Under the pieces are notes generated by a model, which saw only the letters and a program-made list of their open reading frames with translations, was not told where the DNA came from and did no database searches. A stretch of 64,000 nucleotides of DNA from Ilumatobacteraceae bacterium (lineage in GTDB: Bacteria > Actinomycetota > Acidimicrobiia > Acidimicrobiales > Ilumatobacteraceae), in the NCBI GenBank assembly GCA_035557475.1, contig DATMDV010000370.1:2336-66335 (forward strand), given 5' to 3'. A program made the translations under genes and the position numbers. Of this stretch, positions 9,774 through 17,786 are shown one piece after another (position 1 is the first letter of the stretch; every line of letters starts with the position of its first letter).

Positions 9774-10346
9774 ATGCTCCTGTTGGTGCGTCATGGCGAA
9801 ACGCCACCGAATCGGCAGGGGCTGCTGTTGGGACGCGCTGATCCGTCGCTCACCGATGCCGGCCACGAGCACGCGCGACAGCTGGCGGCGACGTTGCCCG
9901 TTCCCGACCTCGTGGTCTCGAGTCCCCTGCGGCGGGCGCGCGACACGGCATCGGCGTTCGGTCGTCCGGTCGAGCTCGACGAACGTTGGATCGAGCTCGA
10001 CTACGGCGAGCTCGACGGTCAGCCGTCGGCCGCAGTCGCGGCCGGTGTCTGGGCGCAGTGGCGATCGGATGCATCGTTCGCGCCACCCGGCGGTGAGTCG
10101 TTGGACGCGCTTTCGATCCGCGTGCGTGCCGCATGTGCGGAGCTGGCGGCGGCCGCCGCGACGTCGACCGTCGTCGTCGTCACGCACGTGAGCCCGATCA
10201 AAGCGGCGCTCGCGTGGGCACTCGACGTGCCGGTCGGGATCGCGTGGCGGATGTACGTCGAGGACTCGAGCGTGTCGCGCATCGACATCGAGCCCCAGGG
10301 GCCGGTCGTCCGCTGGTTCAATCGCGGCCCGGTCCGAGTCGACTGA
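9774..10346 (+). CDS. histidine phosphatase family protein (phosphoglycerate-mutase-like)
   Basis: LLLVRHGETPPN (RHG motif), SSPLRRARDTA, VVVVTHVSPIKA. Confidence 0.8.
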   Translation: MLLLVRHGETPPNRQGLLLGRADPSLTDAGHEHARQLAATLPVPDLVVSSPLRRARDTASAFGRPVELDERWIELDYGELDGQPSAAVAAGVWAQWRSDASFAPPGGESLDALSIRVRAACAELAAAAATSTVVVVTHVSPIKAALAWALDVPVGIAWRMYVEDSSVSRIDIEPQGPVVRWFNRGPVRVD

Positions 10347-11352
10347 GGGCGCCGAAGAACGCGTCTGCCGCGGCGTCCCAGGTCGGAAGCGTTGCACCGC
10401 GACGCAACGCGGCCTCGGCAAGCGAACCACGCCATTCGTCGTCGGTGGCGAGTCTTCCCAGCACGGCGCTCAGCGCGTCGATGTCGCCGGGAATGACGAG
10501 GCATCCCTCCCGGCCGTCCTCGATGAGGTTGGGAAGGTTCCCGGAGCGCCACCCGACCGTCGGCAGCCCGGCGGACAGCGCTTCGGCGAAGACTGTTCCG
10601 TACGTCTCGGCGTAGCTGGGCAGCACGAAGACGTCGGCGCCGCCGTAGAGCCGCCCGACATCGTCACGCGTGACGGCACCGTGGACGACCACCCGGCCGG
10701 CCAGATCGGGATCACGCAGGCGGGCGCCCACCTTGGCCGAATACGACGGGTCGACATCCGACCGTCCGGCGAGATGAAGCGTCACATGGTCGGGCGGCAG
10801 CGCGGCGACCGCCTCCAGCAGTTCGAGTACTCCCTTGTTCGGGAGCCAGTTGCCGACACAGAGGAGCGCGATCCGGCGTCCGTGGCGAAGGTCACCGGAC
10901 GCCGACCGATCGACCGGTAGGTCACTGCCCGGTTCGACGACGCAGATCCGTTCCGCGGGGAGGCCGTAATCGTCGGCCAGCGCGCGTCCGAGCGCCGTGC
11001 TGGCCGCGATCAACAAATCGCATCGCCGGTACAGCGCCTGGTCGAACGGACGCTGCAGTGTCGTACGGAGAGGGCCCTGCCCGACGCCGCCCGGTGGCTG
11101 GTGGAGGATCGCCGCGATCGGTGAACGGCGACGCTGTCGGGCCACTACGTAGGGCGCGACCGCCCACGCCGCGAGACTGTCGACGAGCACGAGGCCGCGG
11201 GCCCCTCGGAGCGGGTTGCGGAACCACGGCACCGAGATGAACTCGATCTCGGCACCTCGGGATGCGGCCGCCTCGGCCATCCGCCGGTGGTAGAGATGTC
11301 CACCCGTCACCTGCGTCGGCGAGCCGCGCGTCACGAGCGAGATGACGACCAT
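10318..11352 (-). CDS. GT-B (GT4-like) glycosyltransferase, last gene of the PTPS-like/ADH operon
   Basis: The N-terminus MVVISLVTRGSPTQVTGGHLYHRRM and the C-terminal FVLPSYAETYGTVFAEALSAGLPTVG (EX7E-like) are typical of retaining GT4 enzymes. Confidence 0.75.
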   Translation of the reverse strand: MVVISLVTRGSPTQVTGGHLYHRRMAEAAASRGAEIEFISVPWFRNPLRGARGLVLVDSLAAWAVAPYVVARQRRRSPIAAILHQPPGGVGQGPLRTTLQRPFDQALYRRCDLLIAASTALGRALADDYGLPAERICVVEPGSDLPVDRSASGDLRHGRRIALLCVGNWLPNKGVLELLEAVAALPPDHVTLHLAGRSDVDPSYSAKVGARLRDPDLAGRVVVHGAVTRDDVGRLYGGADVFVLPSYAETYGTVFAEALSAGLPTVGWRSGNLPNLIEDGREGCLVIPGDIDALSAVLGRLATDDEWRGSLAEAALRRGATLPTWDAAADAFFGALSRLGPGRD

Positions 11353-11367
11353 GCCGGCCTTGACGCG

Positions 11368-11745
11368 TCAGTTGAGTCGATCGCTGTATCCACCGAACGC
11401 CACGGCCGACTCCCACACCCGCACCGACAACGTCTCCGCACCGGTGTTGCGGATCGCGTCCGCGAGGAAGTCGTGCGCCCAGCGCGCGAACACCTCGACC
11501 GTGACGGCCTCGGCGTCGGCGGGACGGATCACTTCGAGGTTCTTGCCGCGCACGGTCGCGTCGATGCCCTGCAGCGCGGCCTCGAGCACGTCGAGGTCGC
11601 AGACCATCCCCCGATCGTCGAGCTTCTCGCGCTCCACGACCACGTCGAGGCGGTAGTCGTGCTCGTGGAGCTCGCCTTCGGGCCCTTCGACACCGGGCAT
11701 GATGTGTTGCGCGGGGAACTCGATCGCGGTGCCGACTTGGAACAT
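11368..11745 (-). CDS. 6-pyruvoyl-tetrahydropterin synthase / QueD-family protein (variant)
   Basis: 125 aa. FPAQHIMPG corresponds to F-AAH-L. LHEHDYRLDVVV corresponds to the HGHNY zinc motif. No Cys is visible at the usual catalytic position before that motif. Confidence 0.7.
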   Translation of the reverse strand: MFQVGTAIEFPAQHIMPGVEGPEGELHEHDYRLDVVVEREKLDDRGMVCDLDVLEAALQGIDATVRGKNLEVIRPADAEAVTVEVFARWAHDFLADAIRNTGAETLSVRVWESAVAFGGYSDRLN

Positions 11746-11748
11746 GGG

Positions 11749-12744
11749 CTACCGGTACCCCAACGCCGCGTGGATCAATCCTTCGGTTCCGGCATCGATC
11801 GCGGCATAGGCCTCACCGGCCTGATCGAACGGGAACGTGTGGGTGGCGAGGCTGCCGAGGGGGAGCTCATCGAGAAGGTCGACGACGGCGCGTCGCCGCC
11901 GGTCGGCAGTCCAGCGATTCCCCAGCCGGGCGGGAATCGTCGACACCTGGGTGCTGCGAATCGTCAACCGGCGGCGGTGGAACTCGCCCCCGAGTGGCAG
12001 CGTCACTTCCTTTGTGCCATACCAGGAGGCCACCAGCACGGTGCCCTCGTGCGACAGCAACCCGAGCGCGGTCCGCAAGGCGTCGGGATTGCCCGACGCC
12101 TCGACGACGAGCGGAACTTGCGCGCGACACCCGTCCGAACCGAGCGCATCGGCCAGGGATTCGGGTGCGACCGCGTCGACGCCGAGACCGCCGATCGCAT
12201 CACGCCGCCAGGCCTGTGGCTCGACGGCGACGACCCGCGCTCCCGCGCGTTGGAGCAGGCACGCAGTCAGGCTGCCGACGACGCCGAGCCCGAGCACGAC
12301 AACGGTCTCACCGAGCAGCGGCCCGGCATCGAGGGTGATCTGCAACGCGGTCTCGACGAGGGGGAACAGCGTCGCATCCCGGGGCGCGACCGACCCGAGC
12401 GCCACGACATCGTCGGCGCTCGCCACGAACATGTCCTGATGGGGATGGAACGCGAACACCACCGTCCCTTCGGCGAGCTCGCCTCGACTCTCCTCGACGA
12501 CCCCGACGCAGCTGTATCCGTAGCGGAACGGGTAGCGGAACGTCCCGGCGAGTGTGCCAAGCGTCTCATCGAGCGGCAGGTCGGGATCGAGCTGACCGCG
12601 GTACGCCAGCATCTCGGTTCCCGCGCTGATACCCGAGAACGCCGTGCGGATCAACGATTGACCGCCTTCGAGCGGCGGGAGTCCTTCGACCCTGACGTCA
12701 ACCGACCGGGGACCCACGAACCAGAGCGATCGGGCGTTCCCCAC
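11749..12744 (-). CDS. medium-chain (zinc-type) alcohol dehydrogenase family oxidoreductase
   Basis: 331 aa. MDR architecture with Rossmann motif VVVLGLGVVGSL. GTG start. Confidence 0.7.
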   Translation of the reverse strand: MGNARSLWFVGPRSVDVRVEGLPPLEGGQSLIRTAFSGISAGTEMLAYRGQLDPDLPLDETLGTLAGTFRYPFRYGYSCVGVVEESRGELAEGTVVFAFHPHQDMFVASADDVVALGSVAPRDATLFPLVETALQITLDAGPLLGETVVVLGLGVVGSLTACLLQRAGARVVAVEPQAWRRDAIGGLGVDAVAPESLADALGSDGCRAQVPLVVEASGNPDALRTALGLLSHEGTVLVASWYGTKEVTLPLGGEFHRRRLTIRSTQVSTIPARLGNRWTADRRRRAVVDLLDELPLGSLATHTFPFDQAGEAYAAIDAGTEGLIHAALGYR

Positions 12745-12788
12745 GCGCGCCAGTTTGCCCTGGACCGCCAGGGGGTAAACGACGGCCC

Positions 12789-14126
12789 ATGATTACGAGC
12801 GAGGCGGTTCGAGTCCCTTTGCCGACCCCCTACGGCGTGTTCGACGTGCACGCCTTCGAACGGGCTTCCGGTCACGTGTACGTAGCGATGGTGCAGGGTG
12901 ACATCGGCGACGGCGACGACGTGCTCGTCCGCCTCCACTCGGAATGCCTGACCGGCGACGCGCTCGGGTCGCTGCGATGTGACTGTGGCATCCAGCTCCG
13001 ATTGGCGCTGCGGATGATCGCCGCCGAGCAGCGCGGGGTGTTGGTCTACGCCACCGGCCACGAGGGGCGGGGCATCGGCCTGGTCAACAAGCTCCGGGCG
13101 TACGTGGCCCAGGACGACGGCGCGGACACCGTCGATGCCAACGTCGTGCTCGGCTTGCCGATCGACTCTCGCGACTACAACGAGTCAGCCGCCGTCCTCG
13201 CCGAGCTCGGAGTCCGCACAACGCGACTGCTGACCAACAATCCACACAAGGTCGACGGGCTCAGGTCAGCCGGCACAGTCGTCACCGGGGTGGTCCCTCT
13301 GCCCACGTCGCCCCACCACCGCAACATCGGCTACCTCAACACCAAGGCGATGCGCATGGACCACGTGCGCCCGACAGGGCTGTCGGCAGCGATGGCCGAC
13401 GATGTGGACACGCCGGTCGATGCGATGGCGCTCCTCGGCGATGTTCGACCCCGTCCTGACCGACCGTTCGTCGTGCTCAAGTACGCGCAGACGCTCGACG
13501 GTCGCATCGCCACCTCCACTGGCGACTCGCAATGGATCAGCAGCGAGGAGGAACGGCGGCTTTCCCACGCGTTGCGGGCGGCGTGTGACAGCGTGCTCGT
13601 CGGCGTGGGAACGGTGTTGCGCGATGACCCGCAACTCACCGTGCGGATGGTGTCGGGGGCGTCGCCGATGCGGACCGTGCTCGACACGTCCCTGCGAATC
13701 CCGTCGACGGCCAAGATCCTCGGGCCGGGCGCCGGGACCACGGTGATCACGACCGAACGATCCGATCCGAACCGGCGCGCCGAGCTGCGTCAGCAGGGCG
13801 TCCGGGTGGAGGTCGTGGCGGAGCAATCCGGACAGGTGTCCCTGCGCGGCGCGCTCGCCGCGTTGCGGGCGTCGGGCACCGAGTCGGTGCTGGTCGAGGG
13901 TGGTTCCGAGGTGATCACCGGTCTGCTCGCGGCGGGGCTCGTCGATCGGATCATCGTCGCGGTCGCCCCGATCGTGATCGGCGCCGGCACACAAGCGGTG
14001 AACGGTCTCGGCGTCCAGAACATCGCCGACGGCATCCGCCTCACGAATCGTGCGATCCAACTGGTCGGCGACGACGTCGCGCTCGCCTGGGATGTCGTCG
14101 CGCCCCACCAGGCCAGGAACAACTGA
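12789..14126 (+). CDS. fusion: GTP cyclohydrolase II + RibD C-terminal (pyrimidine reductase) domain, no deaminase domain
   Basis: The N-terminal half has LHSECLTGDALGSLRCDCG (Zn Cys triad), GHEGRGIGLVNKLRAYVAQDDG and TNNPHK. The C-terminal half has FVVLKYAQTLDGRIATSTGDSQWISS, DDPQLTVR and VLVEGGSEVITGLL. Confidence 0.85.
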   Translation: MITSEAVRVPLPTPYGVFDVHAFERASGHVYVAMVQGDIGDGDDVLVRLHSECLTGDALGSLRCDCGIQLRLALRMIAAEQRGVLVYATGHEGRGIGLVNKLRAYVAQDDGADTVDANVVLGLPIDSRDYNESAAVLAELGVRTTRLLTNNPHKVDGLRSAGTVVTGVVPLPTSPHHRNIGYLNTKAMRMDHVRPTGLSAAMADDVDTPVDAMALLGDVRPRPDRPFVVLKYAQTLDGRIATSTGDSQWISSEEERRLSHALRAACDSVLVGVGTVLRDDPQLTVRMVSGASPMRTVLDTSLRIPSTAKILGPGAGTTVITTERSDPNRRAELRQQGVRVEVVAEQSGQVSLRGALAALRASGTESVLVEGGSEVITGLLAAGLVDRIIVAVAPIVIGAGTQAVNGLGVQNIADGIRLTNRAIQLVGDDVALAWDVVAPHQARNN

Positions 14127-14147
14127 GTCGCCGTCGCGTTCCCCGCA

Positions 14148-14609
14148 TCAACGCACGGCGGCCAACGCGGTCTGGAGGTCGACGAGCCCCTGGTACCGGG
14201 CGAGATCACACACCGTCGGTGGATCGGCCTCGTACCGGTAGCGCTGCACCCGCACGACGCCGTCGACGGCTGTGGCGATGAACACGGTTCCCGGCGGGAC
14301 GCCGTCTGCGGGCTCGTCGCCGGCGACACCGGTCGTGGCGACCGCCACGTCGCTCTCGAACATCCGGCACGCACCGAGTGCCATCTGCGCCGCCGCGTCG
14401 GCGCTCAACGTCGACTCGGCAGTCACGCCGAGAAACGACCGCTTCACCTGATCCTGATAGGCGACCAGGCCGCCACGAAGGAAATCGACGGCCTTGTCGA
14501 CCGACGCCAGCGACTCGGCGAGCCGCCCCGCGGTGCACGACTCGGCAGTGGCGATGCTGCGGCCCCCGAGCAGCCGGGCAGCCTCGGTTGCGAGCTCTAC
14601 GTGCCCCAT
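14148..14609 (-). CDS. CinA C-terminal domain / nicotinamide-nucleotide amidase (PncC-like)
   Basis: ATAESCTAGRLAESL, GGLVAYQDQVK, VATTGVAGD. Confidence 0.85.
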   Translation of the reverse strand: MGHVELATEAARLLGGRSIATAESCTAGRLAESLASVDKAVDFLRGGLVAYQDQVKRSFLGVTAESTLSADAAAQMALGACRMFESDVAVATTGVAGDEPADGVPPGTVFIATAVDGVVRVQRYRYEADPPTVCDLARYQGLVDLQTALAAVR

Positions 14610-14628
14610 CGAGACTCGACGCGCTGGA

Positions 14629-15042
14629 TCAGTTGTTCGGCGGTGCCGAACTGATCTGGCCGAGCGCCGAATCGCGGTCTCGGTACTCTGCGAGGTCCCC
14701 GATCGACAGGATCCCGATGGCGCGACCCCCGTCGACCACCGGGATGCGCCTCACTGCGCTGCCCTCCATCTTCGACACGACCTCCTCGACCTCATCGTTC
14801 GCTGACACCGTCTCGAGATCGGTCGTGGCGATGTCGCCGAGCGTCAGTTCTCCGGGGTCGTTGCCCTCGGCAAGGCCACGCACCACGATGTCGCGGTCGG
14901 TCACGATGCCGCACAACGCGCCATCGCGCTCGACGAGCACATCGCCGATGTTCCGATCCCGCATCGCGGTGGCGGCCTCGACGAGTGACGCGTCAGCACC
15001 GAACACGACGGGGTTCGCGGTCATCACATCTGCGACTTTCAT
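14629..15042 (-). CDS. CBS-pair domain protein
   Basis: Starts MKVADVMTANPVVF, preceded by AGGAG. Two CBS repeats (RNIGDVLV ... GIVTDRDIV; RRIPVVDGGRAIGILSIGDL). The track ORF was trimmed from 15276. Confidence 0.85.
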   Translation of the reverse strand: MKVADVMTANPVVFGADASLVEAATAMRDRNIGDVLVERDGALCGIVTDRDIVVRGLAEGNDPGELTLGDIATTDLETVSANDEVEEVVSKMEGSAVRRIPVVDGGRAIGILSIGDLAEYRDRDSALGQISSAPPNN

Positions 15043-15145
15043 AGCTGCTCCTGACTGTCGGGTCGGGTGTGCGGATACCCCGCGACCGGACCAAGCAAAC
15101 GCGCCCGCGGCCGGCGGACTCGACGCGTTTGGCATCCTTCCTGGC

Positions 15146-16015
15146 GTGCTCGACGCCTCCCTTGTCGTTCCCGACCCCGGTCGATCCGAACTGGTCGTGC
15201 CGGCTCCCGGACCCGGTGCACGCCGATGGGCCGGCGCTCCCAGCGCCCAACTCGACGTGGACGGCACGTTCGTCATCGCCTATCGGCTGCGCGATGCAGC
15301 GGCCGGGCTCGCCCAGAACATCGTCGCCCGCTGGGCACCGGGCCGGCCGGCGACGACGATGTGCACGCTCGATCGCGAGGACTTCGACGCCTACTCGCTC
15401 GAGCGCCCGGCGATCGTGCGTCTCGACGACGGGGCGTGGCGGCTGTACGTGTGCTGCGCGAGCCCATCGTGGCCGGCGAGCAAGCAATGGTGGATCGAGG
15501 TTCTCGACGCGGACGATCCGTCGGCGTTCCGGGATGCAGTGCCGCGCGAGGTGTTCCGGGATGACGACGTGGCGTTGAAGGATCCGGTGATCCGGCGCCG
15601 CGACGATCGCTGGTTCGCCTGGATCTGCTGCCATCCTCTCGCCGAGCGCGACGAGGAAGACCGCATGACGACTGCGCTTGCAACGAGCGACGACGGGTTG
15701 CGGTGGTCATGGCAAGGTGACGTGCTCGCCGGCCGGCCGGGTGCTTGGGACGCGCGCGGCGCGCGCCTCACGGCCGCGTTGCCTGACGGCTCCGCCACCT
15801 ACGACGGCCGGGCATCGAAGGAGGAGAACTTCTCGGAGCGCACCGGCATCGCCGAGCCGCTCGGTGGTGGAGCACTCAGGCCGGTCGGCGATGCACCGGT
15901 CGCGACGGTCCGCTACCTCGACGTGGTCGAGACGCCGAGCGGGTATCGCACGTTCTACGAGCACCCGCTGCCCGACGGCAGCCATGACCTGCGAACCGAG
16001 TTGATCGATCGCTGA
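15146..16015 (+). CDS. hypothetical protein, possibly a glycoside-hydrolase-like beta-propeller
   Basis: Only the C-terminal ~289 codons of track ORF 14378..16015 are free of the CinA and CBS genes on the other strand. GTG 15146 is the first start after them. Repeated patterns (FVIAYRLRD, WRLYVCCAS, KDPVIRRRDDRWFAW, TSDDGLRWSW) resemble 5-bladed propeller GH families. Both function and start are uncertain. Confidence 0.4.
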   Translation: MLDASLVVPDPGRSELVVPAPGPGARRWAGAPSAQLDVDGTFVIAYRLRDAAAGLAQNIVARWAPGRPATTMCTLDREDFDAYSLERPAIVRLDDGAWRLYVCCASPSWPASKQWWIEVLDADDPSAFRDAVPREVFRDDDVALKDPVIRRRDDRWFAWICCHPLAERDEEDRMTTALATSDDGLRWSWQGDVLAGRPGAWDARGARLTAALPDGSATYDGRASKEENFSERTGIAEPLGGGALRPVGDAPVATVRYLDVVETPSGYRTFYEHPLPDGSHDLRTELIDR

Positions 16016-16065
16016 GTCCGGTGCACGGCTGCGCCCGTGGCGAGCCCGCTGGAGTTGGTGTCAAG

Positions 16066-16860
16066 ATGCGCTCCGTGCCAGCGACCACGACTCCCGCCGG
16101 CACGACGGTCCACTACGAGGTGATCGGCGACGGAGCGCCCGTCGTGCTGGTCCACGGCCTCGCCGAATCGGGCGAGGCGTGGGGGACGATCACCGATCGA
16201 TTGTCGGCGACGCGGCGCGTCATCGTCGTCGACCTTCCCGGCCACGGACGATCCGGAGCCGCCGACTCCTATGACATCGTCCACATGGCCGCCGATGTCG
16301 CGGCGGTCATCTCCGCCGAGGGTCTCGACGGAGTACACGTGGTCGGTCACTCCCTCGGCGGTGCCGTGGTGTCCGCGCTGGCCGCGAGCGACGGCCCGGT
16401 CCGCTCGGTGGTCAACGTCGACCAGCCCCTGAAGCTCGACGACTTCCAGGAGAGCGTGCAGGCGGTCGGAGCCGCGCTGCGCGACCCGGTGTCGTTCGCG
16501 GACGTGATGAACACGATCTTCGATTCGATGGCCGGCGATGCGCTCGACGCGTCCGAGCGCGATCGCCTGCAGGAATTGCGCCGGCTGGATCAGGACGTCG
16601 TGCTCAGCGTCTGGTCGCCCCTGCTCGACTCGACACGCGACGCGCTCGCGACACGGATCGAGGAGATGACACGAAACATCCGCTGCCCGTATCTCGCGAT
16701 CCACGGGATCGATCCGGGACCCGCCTACGCCACGTGGCTCGAAGCGCTCGCGCCGGGCGCGATCGTCGAGGTCTGGGACGGGCTCGGCCACTACCCCCAT
16801 CTCGTCGACCCCGACCGCTTCGTGCGTCGGGTCGAGGAGTTCTGGGCCGTGTCTGATTGA
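16066..16860 (+). CDS. alpha/beta hydrolase
   Basis: VVLVHGLAESGEAW, nucleophile elbow VVGHSLGG, C-terminal GLGHYPHL. Start taken at ATG 16066. Confidence 0.8.
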   Translation: MRSVPATTTPAGTTVHYEVIGDGAPVVLVHGLAESGEAWGTITDRLSATRRVIVVDLPGHGRSGAADSYDIVHMAADVAAVISAEGLDGVHVVGHSLGGAVVSALAASDGPVRSVVNVDQPLKLDDFQESVQAVGAALRDPVSFADVMNTIFDSMAGDALDASERDRLQELRRLDQDVVLSVWSPLLDSTRDALATRIEEMTRNIRCPYLAIHGIDPGPAYATWLEALAPGAIVEVWDGLGHYPHLVDPDRFVRRVEEFWAVSD

Positions 16861-16871
16861 GTCAGCTCACT
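16848..16871. repeat. copy 1 of a 24-nt motif CG(T/C)GTCTGATTGAGTC(A/G)GCTCACT, also found at 48040-48063
   Basis: 22 of 24 positions are identical to the second copy. Both copies lie at the junction of convergent genes. Confidence 0.6.
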
Positions 16872-16908
16872 GCCGGTCGCGGTGCCGAACGTCTGGTCGC
16901 GGACTCAG

Positions 16909-17661
16909 CTAGTTGACGACGAAGAACACGACCCCGCCGGGGACGTTGGTCTGGTTGGCGTTCGGATCGAACGCGACGAAGCTGCCCATGAACAGCTCGG
17001 CCGCGGTCACCACGTAGTAGACCCAACCCTCGACCGAGCCGCCCGCGAACGTCTCGGGCTGATCGGTCAACATGTCGCGCTGCGGCTTGCAGCACGGTGA
17101 CTCGTCGCCGACGATCGTCTCCGCCGGGCTGACGAGGTTGATGCCCAACTTGCGCGGATCGCCAGCACCCTGACCGTTGTACACGGCCTTCAGCCGCAGG
17201 CGCGAGTACACCTTGCCGTCGCCGGCCGGGTCGTTGTTGGCGCTGAGCATCGCGACCAGGTCACTGACGTTCGGCTCGAACGCGACCACCGTGTAGGTCC
17301 AGTCGCCGGCCTCGATCGGCCGGCCGAGCGGAATGGGGTTCTCACGTGATCCCGGCGCCGGAGGCAACGTCGTCGTCGGTGCCACGGTCGACGCTGGCGG
17401 CGTCGATTCCGGCGTCGATCCGGACGGCGAGGTCTCCCCGGCTGCGACTGATCCGGCAGGGGCGTCACCACTCTCCGTGTTCGTTGTCGTGTTCGCGGCC
17501 TCCAACTGCGCGCGGAGCGATTCGTTCTCCTGCTCAAGCTCCGCCAGCCGCTCGTCGAGGTCGGAGTCGGTGCCGGAACCGCATGCCGCGAGGAGCAGAC
17601 AGGCGGCGACGCCCAGCGCGACACCTCCCCGCCGAGCGACGGCTCCCCCGCCGTTCGACAT
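16909..17661 (-). CDS. putative lipoprotein with coiled-coil and Ser/Thr/Pro-rich linker
   Basis: Starts MSNGGGAVARRGGVALGVAACLLLAAC-GSG (lipobox), then LDERLAELEQENESLRAQLEA, a T/S/P-rich linker and a beta-rich C-terminal domain. Confidence 0.6.
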   Translation of the reverse strand: MSNGGGAVARRGGVALGVAACLLLAACGSGTDSDLDERLAELEQENESLRAQLEAANTTTNTESGDAPAGSVAAGETSPSGSTPESTPPASTVAPTTTLPPAPGSRENPIPLGRPIEAGDWTYTVVAFEPNVSDLVAMLSANNDPAGDGKVYSRLRLKAVYNGQGAGDPRKLGINLVSPAETIVGDESPCCKPQRDMLTDQPETFAGGSVEGWVYYVVTAAELFMGSFVAFDPNANQTNVPGGVVFFVVN

Positions 17662-17724
17662 GGGACGACCATAGCGCAGCAGGCGACCGCGGGGGTCGGC
17701 GGGACGATCTCGCGGCCAATGAAG

Positions 17725-17753
17725 TTGCATTGTGAGGGCGCAGCATCAAGAAT
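17725..17753 (+). promoter_or_regulatory. candidate sigma70-type promoter for the first operon of the polysaccharide locus
   Basis: TTGCAT (17725-17730), a 17-nt spacer, then AAGAAT (17748-17753), in a locally AT-richer gap ~35 nt upstream of GTG 17787. Sequence pattern only. Confidence 0.3.
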
Positions 17754-17786
17754 GCAGGGACCAGTTCGGAAGGGCGGACGGTAACT

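Noticed and set aside
14378-15145. N-terminal 256 codons of track ORF 14378..16015
   Set aside because: They are antisense to the CinA-domain and CBS-pair genes, which have strong signatures. Only the part after 15146 is unopposed. Similar trimming was applied to track ORFs 8889..10430, 32991..34916, 33015..34934, 44125..46350, 50780..52714, 52281..53789, 53618..54625 and 55154..56878.
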